DNA from: a virus
Lineage: Duplodnaviria > Caudoviricetes
Virus record (IMG/VR): IMGVR_UViG_3300043177_000122
Coordinates: 64,001-128,000 of that record
Length of the DNA stretch: 64,000 bases
Strand: one strand, 5' to 3'
The notes beneath the pieces were generated by a model. It made no database searches, had not been told where the DNA came from, and saw nothing but the letters and a program-made list of their open reading frames with translations. The position numbers were made by a program, and so were the translations under genes. Each line of letters starts with the position of its first letter. The first letter of the stretch is position 1. This document shows positions 28,589 through 38,011 of the stretch, piece by piece.

Positions 28589-28664
28589 GGCCCATTCGTC
28601 TAATGGTTTAGGACGGCAGCCTCTCACGTTGCTAATACGGGTTCGAACCCCGTATGGGTCGCCA
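28589..28664 (+). tRNA. tRNA-Glu(CTC)
   Basis: GCAGC-CT-CTC-AC-GTTGC; CCA. Confidence 0.94.
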
Positions 28665-28670
28665 GCATAC

Positions 28671-28745
28671 GCCTCTGTAGTCTAAGGGATAGGCACTCGC
28701 CTTCTAAGCGATTTAATGTAGGTTCGAATCCTACCAGAGGTGCCA
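28671..28745 (+). tRNA. tRNA-Arg(TCT) #1
   Basis: TCGC-CT-TCT-AA-GCGA; CCA. Confidence 0.92.
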
Positions 28746-28758
28746 AGTAAGTGTTTAT

Positions 28759-28834
28759 GCGTCTGTAATTCAATGGATAGAAATTTTGCCTTCTAAGCAA
28801 AAAGTTTGGGGTTCGAGTCCCTCCAGACGTGCCA
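28759..28834 (+). tRNA. tRNA-Arg(TCT) #2
   Basis: TTTGC-CT-TCT-AA-GCAAA; CCA. Confidence 0.92.
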
Positions 28835-28838
28835 AAAT

Positions 28839-28922
28839 GTTACTGTAACCTAATGGAGAGGTATCGGTCTACGAAACCGAAGCGCAAGCTAAATGCAGGT
28901 TCGAATCCTGCCAGTGACGCCA
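28839..28922 (+). tRNA. tRNA-Arg(ACG) #1 with long variable arm
   Basis: TCGGT-CT-ACG-AA-ACCGA; 14-nt V region AGC-GCAA-GCT-AAAT; CCA. Confidence 0.9.
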
Positions 28923-28925
28923 AAT

Positions 28926-29001
28926 GGGTCTGTAGCTCAATGGATAGAGCACTCCGCTACGAACGGAACGGTTGAAGGTTCAACTCCTTTCAGACCCGCC
29001 A
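28926..29001 (+). tRNA. tRNA-Arg(ACG) #2
   Basis: TCCG-CT-ACG-AA-CGGA; CCA. Confidence 0.93.
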
Positions 29002-29006
29002 ATTAT

Positions 29007-29082
29007 GTCTCCATAACTCAATGGATAGAGTACTTCGCTTCGAACGAAGAAGTTGTAGGTTCAAGTCCTACTGGAGATGCCA
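29007..29082 (+). tRNA. tRNA-Arg(TCG)
   Basis: TTCG-CT-TCG-AA-CGAA; CCA. Confidence 0.93.
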
Positions 29083-29121
29083 TAACACCGAAAGGTGCTA
29101 TTTTTGTTTTTGGAGTATGCA

Positions 29122-29526
29122 ATGGAACTACACGATATTTGCTCTGGCTGCAGCCGACACCTAAGTGTCTGTATGTGTTGTGTGTCTATTGGCCCAGAAG
29201 GGGCAACTCGTTCCAAACCTAATCCAACAAACCTAGCCGGCAAACTAAAAATTATTACCAATAATTCAAAAATGGAACATATTAAAGTTCAAACCCAACG
29301 CCTAGCTGATCAGCTTGTCTGGCGGGCCACCCAAGCCGCCAAACAAGGAAACTTTTCAATTAGTTTATGGTTAAGTGATTTAGGTATCACAAAAGAAGCT
29401 GCTGAATTGGTAGCAAAAGAGTTGGAGCAAGATGGCTTCAAATGTACCATCAGCAACGAAATCACAGCGCATTATTCTAATACGGATTATGACACTGATG
29501 ATCTTTTGTTAATAAGTTGGGAATAA
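29122..29526 (+). CDS. Hypothetical protein with N-terminal Cys cluster
   Basis: GGAG RBS; CSGC..HLSVC.CC. Confidence 0.5.
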   Translation: MELHDICSGCSRHLSVCMCCVSIGPEGATRSKPNPTNLAGKLKIITNNSKMEHIKVQTQRLADQLVWRATQAAKQGNFSISLWLSDLGITKEAAELVAKELEQDGFKCTISNEITAHYSNTDYDTDDLLLISWE

Positions 29527-29530
29527 TAAA

Positions 29531-30490
29531 ATGAGAATTCTGTCGGGTATACAACCGTCAGGAACAATTCACATCGGCAACTATTTTGGAATGATCAAGC
29601 CCTTGGTCGATTTACAAGGTAAGGGAGAAGTGTATTGTTTCCTTGCGGATTATCATTCAATGACATCATTGTTTGATGCAAAAGAACGTAAAGCAAATTC
29701 AATTGAAGCAGCAACTACACTGCTAGCGTGTGGCATGGATCCTAAAACTGTTTTGTTTCGACAGTCAGATAGTCAGTCAGTGACTGAGCTAGCATGGATG
29801 CTTTCTACTGTAACTCCAATGGGCCTTTTAGAAAGGTGTCATAGTTACAAAGATAAAACTTCTAAAGGCATCCCAACCAATCATGGTTTGTTTGCTTATC
29901 CTGTTTTGATGGCGGCTGATATCCTACTATACCAATCTAATTTGGTACCAGTAGGAAAAGATCAACTTCAGCATTTGGAAGTGACGCGAGATATTGCCGT
30001 CAAGTTCAATACTACGTATGGGGAAATATTTACACTCCCCGAGCCCTATATTCAAGAAGCGGTAGCAACTGTTCCTGGAACTGATGGACAGAAGATGTCT
30101 AAAAGTAATGGTAACACTATCGAAATCTTTGGAGATGAAAAAGTTCTTAAGAAAAAGATAATGTCTATTGTGATGGATAGCCGCTCGCTGGCCACGCCAA
30201 AACCAGATGCAGATAAGAATATTGCAATTCAACTTCTAAAATTAGTAGCTCCGATGAATGTTGCTGAAGAATATGAAATGGAATTGCGAGATGGCTATCT
30301 TGGTTATGGTCAGCTTAAGAATGTTCTATTCGAACAATATTTTAGTTATTTTGAGAAACCAAGAGCATTGTATCAGGAATTGAAGAAGAATCCGGACTAT
30401 GTAGAGCAAATTCTTCAAGAAGGTGCAGAACATGCCCGCTATCAAGCCCATCGTACGATGGAAAAAGTAAGAGAAGTAGTGGGTTTATGA
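29531..30490 (+). CDS. trpS: Tryptophanyl-tRNA synthetase (bacterial type)
   Basis: GIQPSG.IHIGNY, YPVLMAADIL, VPVGKDQLQHLE, KMSKS. Confidence 0.96.
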   Translation: MRILSGIQPSGTIHIGNYFGMIKPLVDLQGKGEVYCFLADYHSMTSLFDAKERKANSIEAATTLLACGMDPKTVLFRQSDSQSVTELAWMLSTVTPMGLLERCHSYKDKTSKGIPTNHGLFAYPVLMAADILLYQSNLVPVGKDQLQHLEVTRDIAVKFNTTYGEIFTLPEPYIQEAVATVPGTDGQKMSKSNGNTIEIFGDEKVLKKKIMSIVMDSRSLATPKPDADKNIAIQLLKLVAPMNVAEEYEMELRDGYLGYGQLKNVLFEQYFSYFEKPRALYQELKKNPDYVEQILQEGAEHARYQAHRTMEKVREVVGL

Positions 30491-30762
30491 GAGTAGTACA
30501 CTGTAAGAAGGAACCATATGATGTCTATATTGGTAGACCATCAAAGTGGGGAAACCCATATACTCATCTAGAAAACACTTCCACACCATATGTGGTTGAC
30601 AGCCGTGAGGATGCGGTTAGATTATTCGAGGAATGGATCCGTTCACAGCCAGAGCTAATGGAGGCCGCCAAGAAAGAACTTAAAGGAAAAGTTTTGGGTT
30701 GTTGGTGCGCCCCATTAGCTTGTCATGGCGATGTACTTATAAGGATTGCTAATGAAGACTAA
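30487..30762 (+). CDS. DUF4326-family protein
   Basis: VVHCKK..YDVYIGRPSKWGNP, LKGKVLGCWCAP..CHGDVL. Confidence 0.8.
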   Translation: MRVVHCKKEPYDVYIGRPSKWGNPYTHLENTSTPYVVDSREDAVRLFEEWIRSQPELMEAAKKELKGKVLGCWCAPLACHGDVLIRIANED

Positions 30763-30928
30763 AGAATGGCTTTTACAGCGCAAGAAAGAGCTTGAAGAAG
30801 AGCTTATGGAATCACTCAAAGTAGTTGAAAAAGCATTAAAAGCCCTTGAGCCGAAAAAGGAGAAGACCGAATGTAATGGTTGTCCTGGCGGATGTGATAT
30901 CTGTCGTACCGGACCTTACTATAGATAA
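30752..30928 (+). CDS. Small coiled-coil/Cys-rich hypothetical protein
   Basis: C..CPGGCD.C tail. Confidence 0.4.
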   Translation: MKTKEWLLQRKKELEEELMESLKVVEKALKALEPKKEKTECNGCPGGCDICRTGPYYR

Positions 30929-30932
30929 AATC

Positions 30933-31616
30933 ATGAATAAATTAGTTGTATTTGATATCGCTGGCACCACAATTGAAGACAATGATGCGGTTGGTCAAGC
31001 TTTTTTGAAAGCTTTTTTATCGTTCGGGTTAAATCCAACCACTGAACAAATTAATAATGTGATGGGACTATCCAAACCACAATCTATCAAGATTATTCTG
31101 AAAGAGCTAGATAACACTACTCCAATTGCTGAAATACACGATCAGTTTTTAAAGAATATGATTGAGCATTATAGTCTTGATGAAAATATAAAAGAAATAC
31201 CTGGAGCTGCTGAAACATTCAACACCCTACATGAAATGGACTATTATGTAGCTCTTGATACTGGATTTAGTCGAGACATTACAAATATCATTCTAGATAA
31301 GCTAGGATGGGTTAACCAAGGATTAGTAGATGCTGTTGTTAGCAGCGATCAAGTCAAATATGGAAGACCTTATCCATATATGATATTCAAGTTAATGGAG
31401 ACGCTCCATATCAAAAGCGTCCATGATGTTGTAAAAGTTGGCGATACTGTCGCCGATATTTATGAAGGTTTAAATGCTGGGTGTGATGTAGTAATAGGCG
31501 TCACTACTGGAACAGAGACTAAACAATCTTTCAAAGAAAAATTATCCGGGTGTCACTACTGTGTAATGGATGACATTACAGAAGTGCCCGCTTGTTTACA
31601 TTACACTCCTATTTGA
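30933..31616 (+). CDS. Phosphonatase-like (PhnX-like) HAD hydrolase
   Basis: VVFDIAGTT, ALDTG, GRPYPYMI, VKVGDT..DI.EG.NAG. Confidence 0.75.
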   Translation: MNKLVVFDIAGTTIEDNDAVGQAFLKAFLSFGLNPTTEQINNVMGLSKPQSIKIILKELDNTTPIAEIHDQFLKNMIEHYSLDENIKEIPGAAETFNTLHEMDYYVALDTGFSRDITNIILDKLGWVNQGLVDAVVSSDQVKYGRPYPYMIFKLMETLHIKSVHDVVKVGDTVADIYEGLNAGCDVVIGVTTGTETKQSFKEKLSGCHYCVMDDITEVPACLHYTPI

Positions 31617-31623
31617 GGAAGTC

Positions 31624-32835
31624 ATGTCTAATATATTCGAAGATTTGGAGCAGCGTGGTTTGATTAAACAAACAACCAACGCAGATAAGTTGCGTCAACT
31701 ATTTAACTCAAATACTCCAGTCACGTTTTACATTGGATTTGACCCCACTTCTGATAGTTTACATATAGGCCACTTACTTCAAGTAGTAACAGCTAAGCGA
31801 CTAGTCCAAGCTGGGCATCGAGCTATCATGTTAGTTGGCGGAGCAACCGCTTTGATTGGAGATCCGACAGGCAAGTCAGAAATGCGAAAAATGCTTTCTC
31901 ATTCTGATATTAGGGTAAATGGTGAAGCCATCGGCGCCCAGATTCAAAAAATAATGGGAAGAGAAATTGAATTAGTCAATAACCTAACTTGGTTTGATGA
32001 TGCTGATTTTCTTTCTCTTTTGCGTACCATTGGCCCCTTTTTCTCTGTTAATAATATGTTGCGAGCTGAGTGCTTCAAAAGTCGAATGGAGCATGGACTC
32101 TCATTTTTAGAGTTCAATTACATGATTATGCAGGCGCAAGACTTCCGAATGCTTCATTTGGAAGAGGGCTGCATTTTACAAATTGGCGGTGATGATCAGT
32201 GGTCTAATATCTTAGCTGGTATTGATTTGATTCACAAAAAGCATGGGCACGAAGTATTCGGTCTAACACTTCCTTTGTTAGTCAATTCTGATGGAATCAA
32301 AATGGGAAAGACGGAAAAAGGAGCGGTGTGGTTGGGTCCGGCTAAAACTTCTCCCTCTGAGTTTTTTCAATTTTGGAGAAATATTCCTGACGATCAAGTA
32401 GAAAAATGTCTTCTTTTCTTTACTGATATGAAACCGGGTGAGTTGATTGAATCGTCTTTTAATATCAACCATCACAAAAAAAATCTAGCATTTGAAATTA
32501 CGAAATTGGTTCATGGCGAATCAATAGCACGACAGGCGCTCGAGCAGGCAGAAGCCTTGTTCGAGAAACAAGATACTTCTACTCTTGAAGCAATTTCTAT
32601 CCAAGAAGGCACGCACATTCTTGATTTACTTATGGTATGTGGTTTTGCAAAATCACGTACAGGTGGTAGAAATTTAATCAATAATAGAGGGATCTCAATA
32701 AACCAAGATGTTCTTACTGACCCTACGATTGTAATTTCCAGAAATCAGTTTGGAAATGAATTAATTGTGAAAAAGGGCAAGAAGAATTTCTGTCGCCTGC
32801 TTATTGAGGATAAATGCCAAGACCAAGTACCGTAA
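31624..32835 (+). CDS. tyrS: Tyrosyl-tRNA synthetase (bacterial type, S4 C-domain)
   Basis: YIGFDPT.DSLHIGH, EF.Y..MQA.DF, QIGGDDQW.NI, KMGKT, KKGKK. Confidence 0.96.
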   Translation: MSNIFEDLEQRGLIKQTTNADKLRQLFNSNTPVTFYIGFDPTSDSLHIGHLLQVVTAKRLVQAGHRAIMLVGGATALIGDPTGKSEMRKMLSHSDIRVNGEAIGAQIQKIMGREIELVNNLTWFDDADFLSLLRTIGPFFSVNNMLRAECFKSRMEHGLSFLEFNYMIMQAQDFRMLHLEEGCILQIGGDDQWSNILAGIDLIHKKHGHEVFGLTLPLLVNSDGIKMGKTEKGAVWLGPAKTSPSEFFQFWRNIPDDQVEKCLLFFTDMKPGELIESSFNINHHKKNLAFEITKLVHGESIARQALEQAEALFEKQDTSTLEAISIQEGTHILDLLMVCGFAKSRTGGRNLINNRGISINQDVLTDPTIVISRNQFGNELIVKKGKKNFCRLLIEDKCQDQVP

Positions 32836-33122
32836 CTAATGAAGACCTACTAAGATGGTCTGACACAATTGATAATGATCCACTAATGTCTAAAGGTTTG
32901 GCCCAGAATCCCATTATTCGGGAAGTTTGTTATGCTGGCCAATGGTTAGCTGATAAACTAGCTGAGCTAAACTGTCCAGATAATTTAATTGGTAGGATGA
33001 TGTTTACTGCGGGTCGATTATCTTTTGGTCGCCCAGACCCTTGGGAAGTTCATTTGGATATTCTTAATCGCTTTATTGATGGAACTTTGGAATTCGAAAC
33101 GGATCCCGAAGAAATTAACTAA
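32814..33122 (+). CDS. Hypothetical protein
   Basis: GAGGA RBS; clean ORF. Confidence 0.55.
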   Translation: MPRPSTVTNEDLLRWSDTIDNDPLMSKGLAQNPIIREVCYAGQWLADKLAELNCPDNLIGRMMFTAGRLSFGRPDPWEVHLDILNRFIDGTLEFETDPEEIN

Positions 33123-33185
33123 GAATTTTCTTAAAATTCTTATCGCTTAATGTAGGGAATCATTAATCTTTTTCTTTTGTTTGGG

Positions 33186-33213
33186 TTGACGCCAATCCTA
33201 GCATGAGTATATT
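33186..33213 (+). promoter_or_regulatory. sigma70-like promoter
   Basis: TTGACG-N16-TATATT; upstream AAGAATTTT-ctt-AAAATTCTT palindrome at 33121-33141. Confidence 0.65.
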
Positions 33214-33248
33214 GTTTAGTGAGCCCTTTTTATTTAGGAAGGAAAATT

Positions 33249-34379
33249 ATGCCAACTCCGCAACAGCCACAAATGGCCACGTCAGATTTCAATCTGCAAA
33301 AACTGAATACGAAAGAATTATCAGAGCATGTTTCTACGACCATTCAAATGGGAGGAAACATTGCTGTATTTGGCCGTCGTGGTACGGGCAAAACAGAAAT
33401 CTCTAAAACAGAAATCAAAAGGTTAGACTGTAAAGAAGTCTATATGAACCTTTCTGTTATGGAGCGCCCTGACTTAGGAGGCTATCCTGATGTTACTGCG
33501 CCTAATCGTGGCAGCGAATATGTTAATTTTTTGCTGCCTCGTTTCTATGAAGAGATGGTGGATGGCAAACAAGATGTAGTTGCCCTCCTAGATGAAGTTG
33601 ATAAGGCAGACCCATCTCTGTGGGCGCCTCTATTAGAGTTTGTCCAGTTTAGAAGTATTAACGGTAAGCCTCTGCCAAATCTGCAAGCTATTATCATGAC
33701 TGGTAACCTTATTTCTGAAGGTGGTCAGCGCCCAAGCCTACCTCTGCTAGATAGAACTGAAAAGTTCTTAGTTGAGGCAGACGCTGCTTCTTGGTTGGAT
33801 TGGGCCGGTAAATCTGGTCGTATTCATCCATCTGTTACTGCATATATTCATGATCATACAAAAGATTTGTTTGGTGCAGTAGACCCAGAAGAAAGATATG
33901 CTGACCCATCTCCTCGTGGATGGGATAGAGCTTCTCAGATTTTGTTTGCAGGCGAAGACCGAGGATGGAACCCCTCTCTTTTAAATAAGAAGGTTTCAGG
34001 TTGTGTTGGTAAAGATGCAGGTATCAAATACGCAAACTACTATGATCATTACCTAGAGGTAATTCCAATGGTAGAAAAGATTTATGCCGGGCAGAGTGTG
34101 ACTAATGAGTATCTTGCTATGCCTCCGACCAAGCAATTGGTCACCTGTATGATTGCTTGCACTCGTCTTGCAAATCAACTTGATCAGGTTGAGTTGGGCG
34201 GCGAATTACCTCCAGCCGTTAGACACATTGGTAAATTCTTGCATAAAGTCTCTCACGAAAATGTTTTGGTAGCTGTTCGCAGTCAGGTTCAAATTGAACG
34301 ACTTTGTAAGTTTAATCTAGATGAGCATCCAGATTGGGCTGATGTTCTTGGCAGAATCAACAAAGAAGTTGATCAATAA
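33249..34379 (+). CDS. MoxR-like AAA+ ATPase (paralog 1)
   Basis: GRRGTGKT, LLDEVDKA, MTGN, LLDR, PSPRGW. Confidence 0.85.
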   Translation: MPTPQQPQMATSDFNLQKLNTKELSEHVSTTIQMGGNIAVFGRRGTGKTEISKTEIKRLDCKEVYMNLSVMERPDLGGYPDVTAPNRGSEYVNFLLPRFYEEMVDGKQDVVALLDEVDKADPSLWAPLLEFVQFRSINGKPLPNLQAIIMTGNLISEGGQRPSLPLLDRTEKFLVEADAASWLDWAGKSGRIHPSVTAYIHDHTKDLFGAVDPEERYADPSPRGWDRASQILFAGEDRGWNPSLLNKKVSGCVGKDAGIKYANYYDHYLEVIPMVEKIYAGQSVTNEYLAMPPTKQLVTCMIACTRLANQLDQVELGGELPPAVRHIGKFLHKVSHENVLVAVRSQVQIERLCKFNLDEHPDWADVLGRINKEVDQ

Positions 34380-34418
34380 TTGCTTTTTTGCTAAGATATA
34401 TGATCCAATGGAGCTTTA

Positions 34419-36098
34419 ATGAAATTTAGCAAAGTAATAGGTAAAATAGATCCAAAATTAGTATCTCAAGCAGAAGATAAGCTGTCTAAGGTATTTTTGG
34501 AATTAGCTGTTAGATATAACAATGAGCACGTATCATCCGGTATGGGCGGGGATCCATTAATCTTTAGCCTAATGTATCCGGTGGAACATGTTTGTACTTT
34601 GAATATTCCTACTGCAGCTACTGATGGTAAGAGATATTATTGGAACCCAAGGTTCATTCTTAAACTCTCACACAGAGGATTGAGAATTGTTTGCGCCCAT
34701 GAGGCATGGCATGCTATCTATATGCATCCGTCTCGTAGAGGCTCTAGAAATCCTGAGCTATGGAATATTGCTGTTGACTATATTGTTAATGGTACAGCAA
34801 TGGAAGATTTTAAAGCTCGCAAGAAAGATGCATCAGTAGAATTTACCAAGAATCTTGGCCGATACATGCCGTTTGATACTTTCTGTCAGTTTGTAAAAAA
34901 TCCATTTGCTAAGATTCCTGGCTTTGAAGATATTAGTCCTGGTATTGAAGACCCGAATGGAAATAACCCGTCTTGTAATCTTCCTGCTCCACAGGAAGAC
35001 CGCGAGTTAACTGTTCAAGAACGTAAAGAACTAGAGAAGCGTGAAAAGGGTGTTAGATTTTATTATGCCGATCCTAACCTCGATGAGGATATGAAGAAGC
35101 CTGAAAAAATCTATGATATTCTTTATGCTCTTTTACCAAAATGTTCCAAATGTGGTCGTTTAGGAGTTTATCATAAGCCCAATCAAAAGAAGGGGCAAAA
35201 AGGGCAGCAAGGGCAACAAAAGGGACAGGGCCAAGGCCAACAACCAAACCAGAATGGTCAGCCTGGACATGGTGAACACGATCATGGTGATGGACAAGCC
35301 TGTGACTGTCCAGACCATCAGGGTCAAGGGCAAGGTCAACCAAATCAGACTCAAGGACAAGGTAACGGGCCTTGCGATGAATGTGGTGGCGGCATTGATA
35401 TTTTTGGTTTAGGTGGCACCGTAGATGATCATATGGACTCCGAGGAGTCTGAGGAAAAGCTGGCCAAGCGAATTTCTGAAGCCATGGAAGCGGCAAAGAA
35501 AATGGCAGGCTATGTCCCCGCAGCCCTAGAGGAGGAACTTGGTAAATTGACTGCGCCCAGAATAACTTGGCAAGATATTATTCGCACTCGCCTCCTCAAA
35601 GCTCGTGCTGGTAGTGGGCGTAATGATTGGACTAGATTTAGAACTCGCCCAATGTTTAGTGGACTTATGGTTCCTAAGAGAAAAAATTACTATGCTCACT
35701 TTGGGTGCTTGTTAGATACTTCCGGATCTATGAGTAAAGACGATATGGCTTTCGGACTATCTCAGCTTCAATCATTGGACGAGCGCTCTGAAGGCACTAT
35801 TGTACCAGCCGACGCAACTATCTATTGGGACGAAGCAACTAAGATTAAGAAAGCTGTTGCTGAAGAAATCACTAAGGTTAAAGTCGTTGGTCGAGGCGGA
35901 ACTAAGTATGCTGAATTCTTTACTGATTATGAAAAAAATATTGGTCATTGTGATTTCTTAATTGTAATTACTGATGGTTTCTTATTAGATACTGACATAG
36001 CAGAAATGAAACATCCTGGTATCGACGTTATTTGGTTGATTACCAGCGGTAGTGTTTTTAATCCACCATTTGGTCGTGCTTTTGATTTACGTGCATAA
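34419..36098 (+). CDS. Metallopeptidase-vWA protein (DUF2201-like)
   Basis: TAATDG, AHEAWH (HExxH), WNIAVD, Gln/Gly linker, MIDAS LDTSGS, GRGGT, ITDG. Confidence 0.85.
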   Translation: MKFSKVIGKIDPKLVSQAEDKLSKVFLELAVRYNNEHVSSGMGGDPLIFSLMYPVEHVCTLNIPTAATDGKRYYWNPRFILKLSHRGLRIVCAHEAWHAIYMHPSRRGSRNPELWNIAVDYIVNGTAMEDFKARKKDASVEFTKNLGRYMPFDTFCQFVKNPFAKIPGFEDISPGIEDPNGNNPSCNLPAPQEDRELTVQERKELEKREKGVRFYYADPNLDEDMKKPEKIYDILYALLPKCSKCGRLGVYHKPNQKKGQKGQQGQQKGQGQGQQPNQNGQPGHGEHDHGDGQACDCPDHQGQGQGQPNQTQGQGNGPCDECGGGIDIFGLGGTVDDHMDSEESEEKLAKRISEAMEAAKKMAGYVPAALEEELGKLTAPRITWQDIIRTRLLKARAGSGRNDWTRFRTRPMFSGLMVPKRKNYYAHFGCLLDTSGSMSKDDMAFGLSQLQSLDERSEGTIVPADATIYWDEATKIKKAVAEEITKVKVVGRGGTKYAEFFTDYEKNIGHCDFLIVITDGFLLDTDIAEMKHPGIDVIWLITSGSVFNPPFGRAFDLRA

Positions 36099-36592
36099 TG
36101 AATAAAAAACATTGCATATCTGGCTGTGATCATGAGAGACACGAGTCTCATCGTGAAAAATTTGCTCAGGCTAAAAAAGCCGCACTAGAAGGCCAATATT
36201 ATTGGTGTGTAGCTAGATATGTAACAGATCGAAACATTTCTCCATCAGACGCTGATGATTTAGAGTTTTTCCAAGACTCTGTCTTTGAAAGCCCTTGGGG
36301 ACGTATTCATATCTTTTTTTATGAGTGGATGTTTAAAAAGTATTATCAGACAAATCCTGATTGGTACATACTCGTTTTTACAAGCTATTTAGGGTATTTA
36401 GATAAGATATCTCCACTCTTTTCACAAGATGCTTTTTATTTTGTATTTAAGCAAAATAATATTTACCTAATAGAAGGCTTGCTTAAAATAATGCCGTTTG
36501 AAATTAAGCTACGATTCATTAAAGCGGCAGAAAAATATCCAGATATGATCCATAAAGTTCCTAAACTTAAGTTGTATAACTTATTTTCCTGA
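36098..36592 (+). CDS. Hypothetical protein; C-terminal KLKLYNLFS motif
   Basis: Overlaps vWA stop; AT-rich ORF. Confidence 0.5.
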   Translation: MNKKHCISGCDHERHESHREKFAQAKKAALEGQYYWCVARYVTDRNISPSDADDLEFFQDSVFESPWGRIHIFFYEWMFKKYYQTNPDWYILVFTSYLGYLDKISPLFSQDAFYFVFKQNNIYLIEGLLKIMPFEIKLRFIKAAEKYPDMIHKVPKLKLYNLFS

Positions 36593-36599
36593 CGAACTA

Positions 36600-36628
36600 T
36601 TGACAGTCACGCTCGGCATGCTTATCTT
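36600..36628 (+). promoter_or_regulatory. sigma70-like promoter
   Basis: TTGACA-N17-TATCTT. Confidence 0.55.
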
Positions 36629-36652
36629 GTAAGGTGTGTTATATTCACTAAT

Positions 36653-37123
36653 GTGAATAATGTAATCTTCATCGAGTTTTATAATAAACAAAATTTCCCT
36701 CCTGGCAAATGGATTTCAGAACCAGATTTGTGTTTTTGGGAAAACCAATTACCATGTTTAGCTATTCGTGACATGGGGATGGGTATCTGGAAAGGTTTTG
36801 TTGCTGTAGATAAAAGCCATCCATTGTATGGTAAGTCAGTAGAAGATATGCTGACACAATCGGTAATGCGGGATATTTTTATAGCAGTTTATGGTGGTTT
36901 AAGTGGAGCCGGGCGATTACCCATTAAATACAAAGAGTTTGCTAAAGATTCTTGGTGGATTGGCATTGAGACCTCTCATGGCGGCGATTTAATGCCCTTA
37001 CTTAATTTGGACAATAGTGATCCAAATATGGCTAAACTAATATCAACACAGACGTATAAAGATTTGCACTTTATTCGAAAAGAAACTAATAAATTGGCGA
37101 AGTTGATTTCGAAACTAAAATGA
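36653..37123 (+). CDS. Phage-type hypothetical protein
   Basis: G.WKGFVAV...HPLYG, YGGL, WWIGI...HGGD. Confidence 0.55.
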   Translation: MNNVIFIEFYNKQNFPPGKWISEPDLCFWENQLPCLAIRDMGMGIWKGFVAVDKSHPLYGKSVEDMLTQSVMRDIFIAVYGGLSGAGRLPIKYKEFAKDSWWIGIETSHGGDLMPLLNLDNSDPNMAKLISTQTYKDLHFIRKETNKLAKLISKLK

Positions 37124-37206
37124 CCATGACTGGTTTTATTATTCTAGACATATTACTAACTATTGGTCTCTTTTATAATTTAAGTAAAGATACCTATCGG
37201 TAATTC

Positions 37207-37518
37207 ATGAGAAAGACACCTATGACTGGTGCTACCCCGCGCTATCGATTAGAGGGAGTGAAGGGTGAGTTTTTTGATGTATTTGCTAAAAAAGCAAATG
37301 CTATTAAAGCGGCTATTCAAATGGCTACTGAATATCCAGGAACTACATTTCTAGTGGTTCGCACAACTTTTCTCAAAAAGAAAATTGTGTTTCGATTCAA
37401 ATTAGAAATTGAGTTTCAGTTTGACGATTTACAAGACGTTTATCGTGGAATCCTTGACGTTTATCAAGGCAAATTAGATAAAACCAAATATTGGAGAAAA
37501 CCAGATGTTTCTACTTGA
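37207..37518 (+). CDS. Hypothetical protein
   Basis: ORF in operon. Confidence 0.5.
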   Translation: MRKTPMTGATPRYRLEGVKGEFFDVFAKKANAIKAAIQMATEYPGTTFLVVRTTFLKKKIVFRFKLEIEFQFDDLQDVYRGILDVYQGKLDKTKYWRKPDVST

Positions 37519-37996
37519 AATTGCATTAACCGGTGGAATCTTAGCGATTCTTGTATTCATTCACTTTTTTGTAGATTGGATTTTTCAATCGCATGCCGAG
37601 GCAATGGTTAAGCACAATACCCCTAGAGTACGTGCCAAACACTGCTTTATTTATACATTGGGGTTTGCTCCAATCTTGATGTTGTTCCATCTAACATCAT
37701 TTGAATTATTCTTTGCTCTCAATCTTTTATTCTGGTCGCATTTTGCTGAAGACACCTATCTCCCCGTTTATCTTTGGGCAAAGTATATTCGTAAACCGCC
37801 TGAAATGACTGAACCTCGTAAAGTTGTTGGCACTGATGGTTATGTTTCAGTTCTTCCTCCTGATCCCAAAGCGGGGTTTGTCGAGTTTGTTCAAACTCCG
37901 ATGGGAAAGATTCTAATGATCGCTATTGATCAAATCATTCACATCGCATTTCTTATTCCTATTGCCTGGATGATGATGTGTCACCTAGCAGACTAA
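37505..37996 (+). CDS. DUF3307-like membrane protein
   Basis: HFFVDWIFQ, HCFIY, SHFAED, IDQIIH. Confidence 0.6.
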   Translation: MFLLEIALTGGILAILVFIHFFVDWIFQSHAEAMVKHNTPRVRAKHCFIYTLGFAPILMLFHLTSFELFFALNLLFWSHFAEDTYLPVYLWAKYIRKPPEMTEPRKVVGTDGYVSVLPPDPKAGFVEFVQTPMGKILMIAIDQIIHIAFLIPIAWMMMCHLAD

Positions 37997-38011
37997 ATTT
38001 ACGGAACTAAT

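Noticed and set aside
35170-35370. Tandem DNA repeat
   Set aside because: It is a Gln/Gly low-complexity coding linker of the vWA protein with no exact periodic unit.
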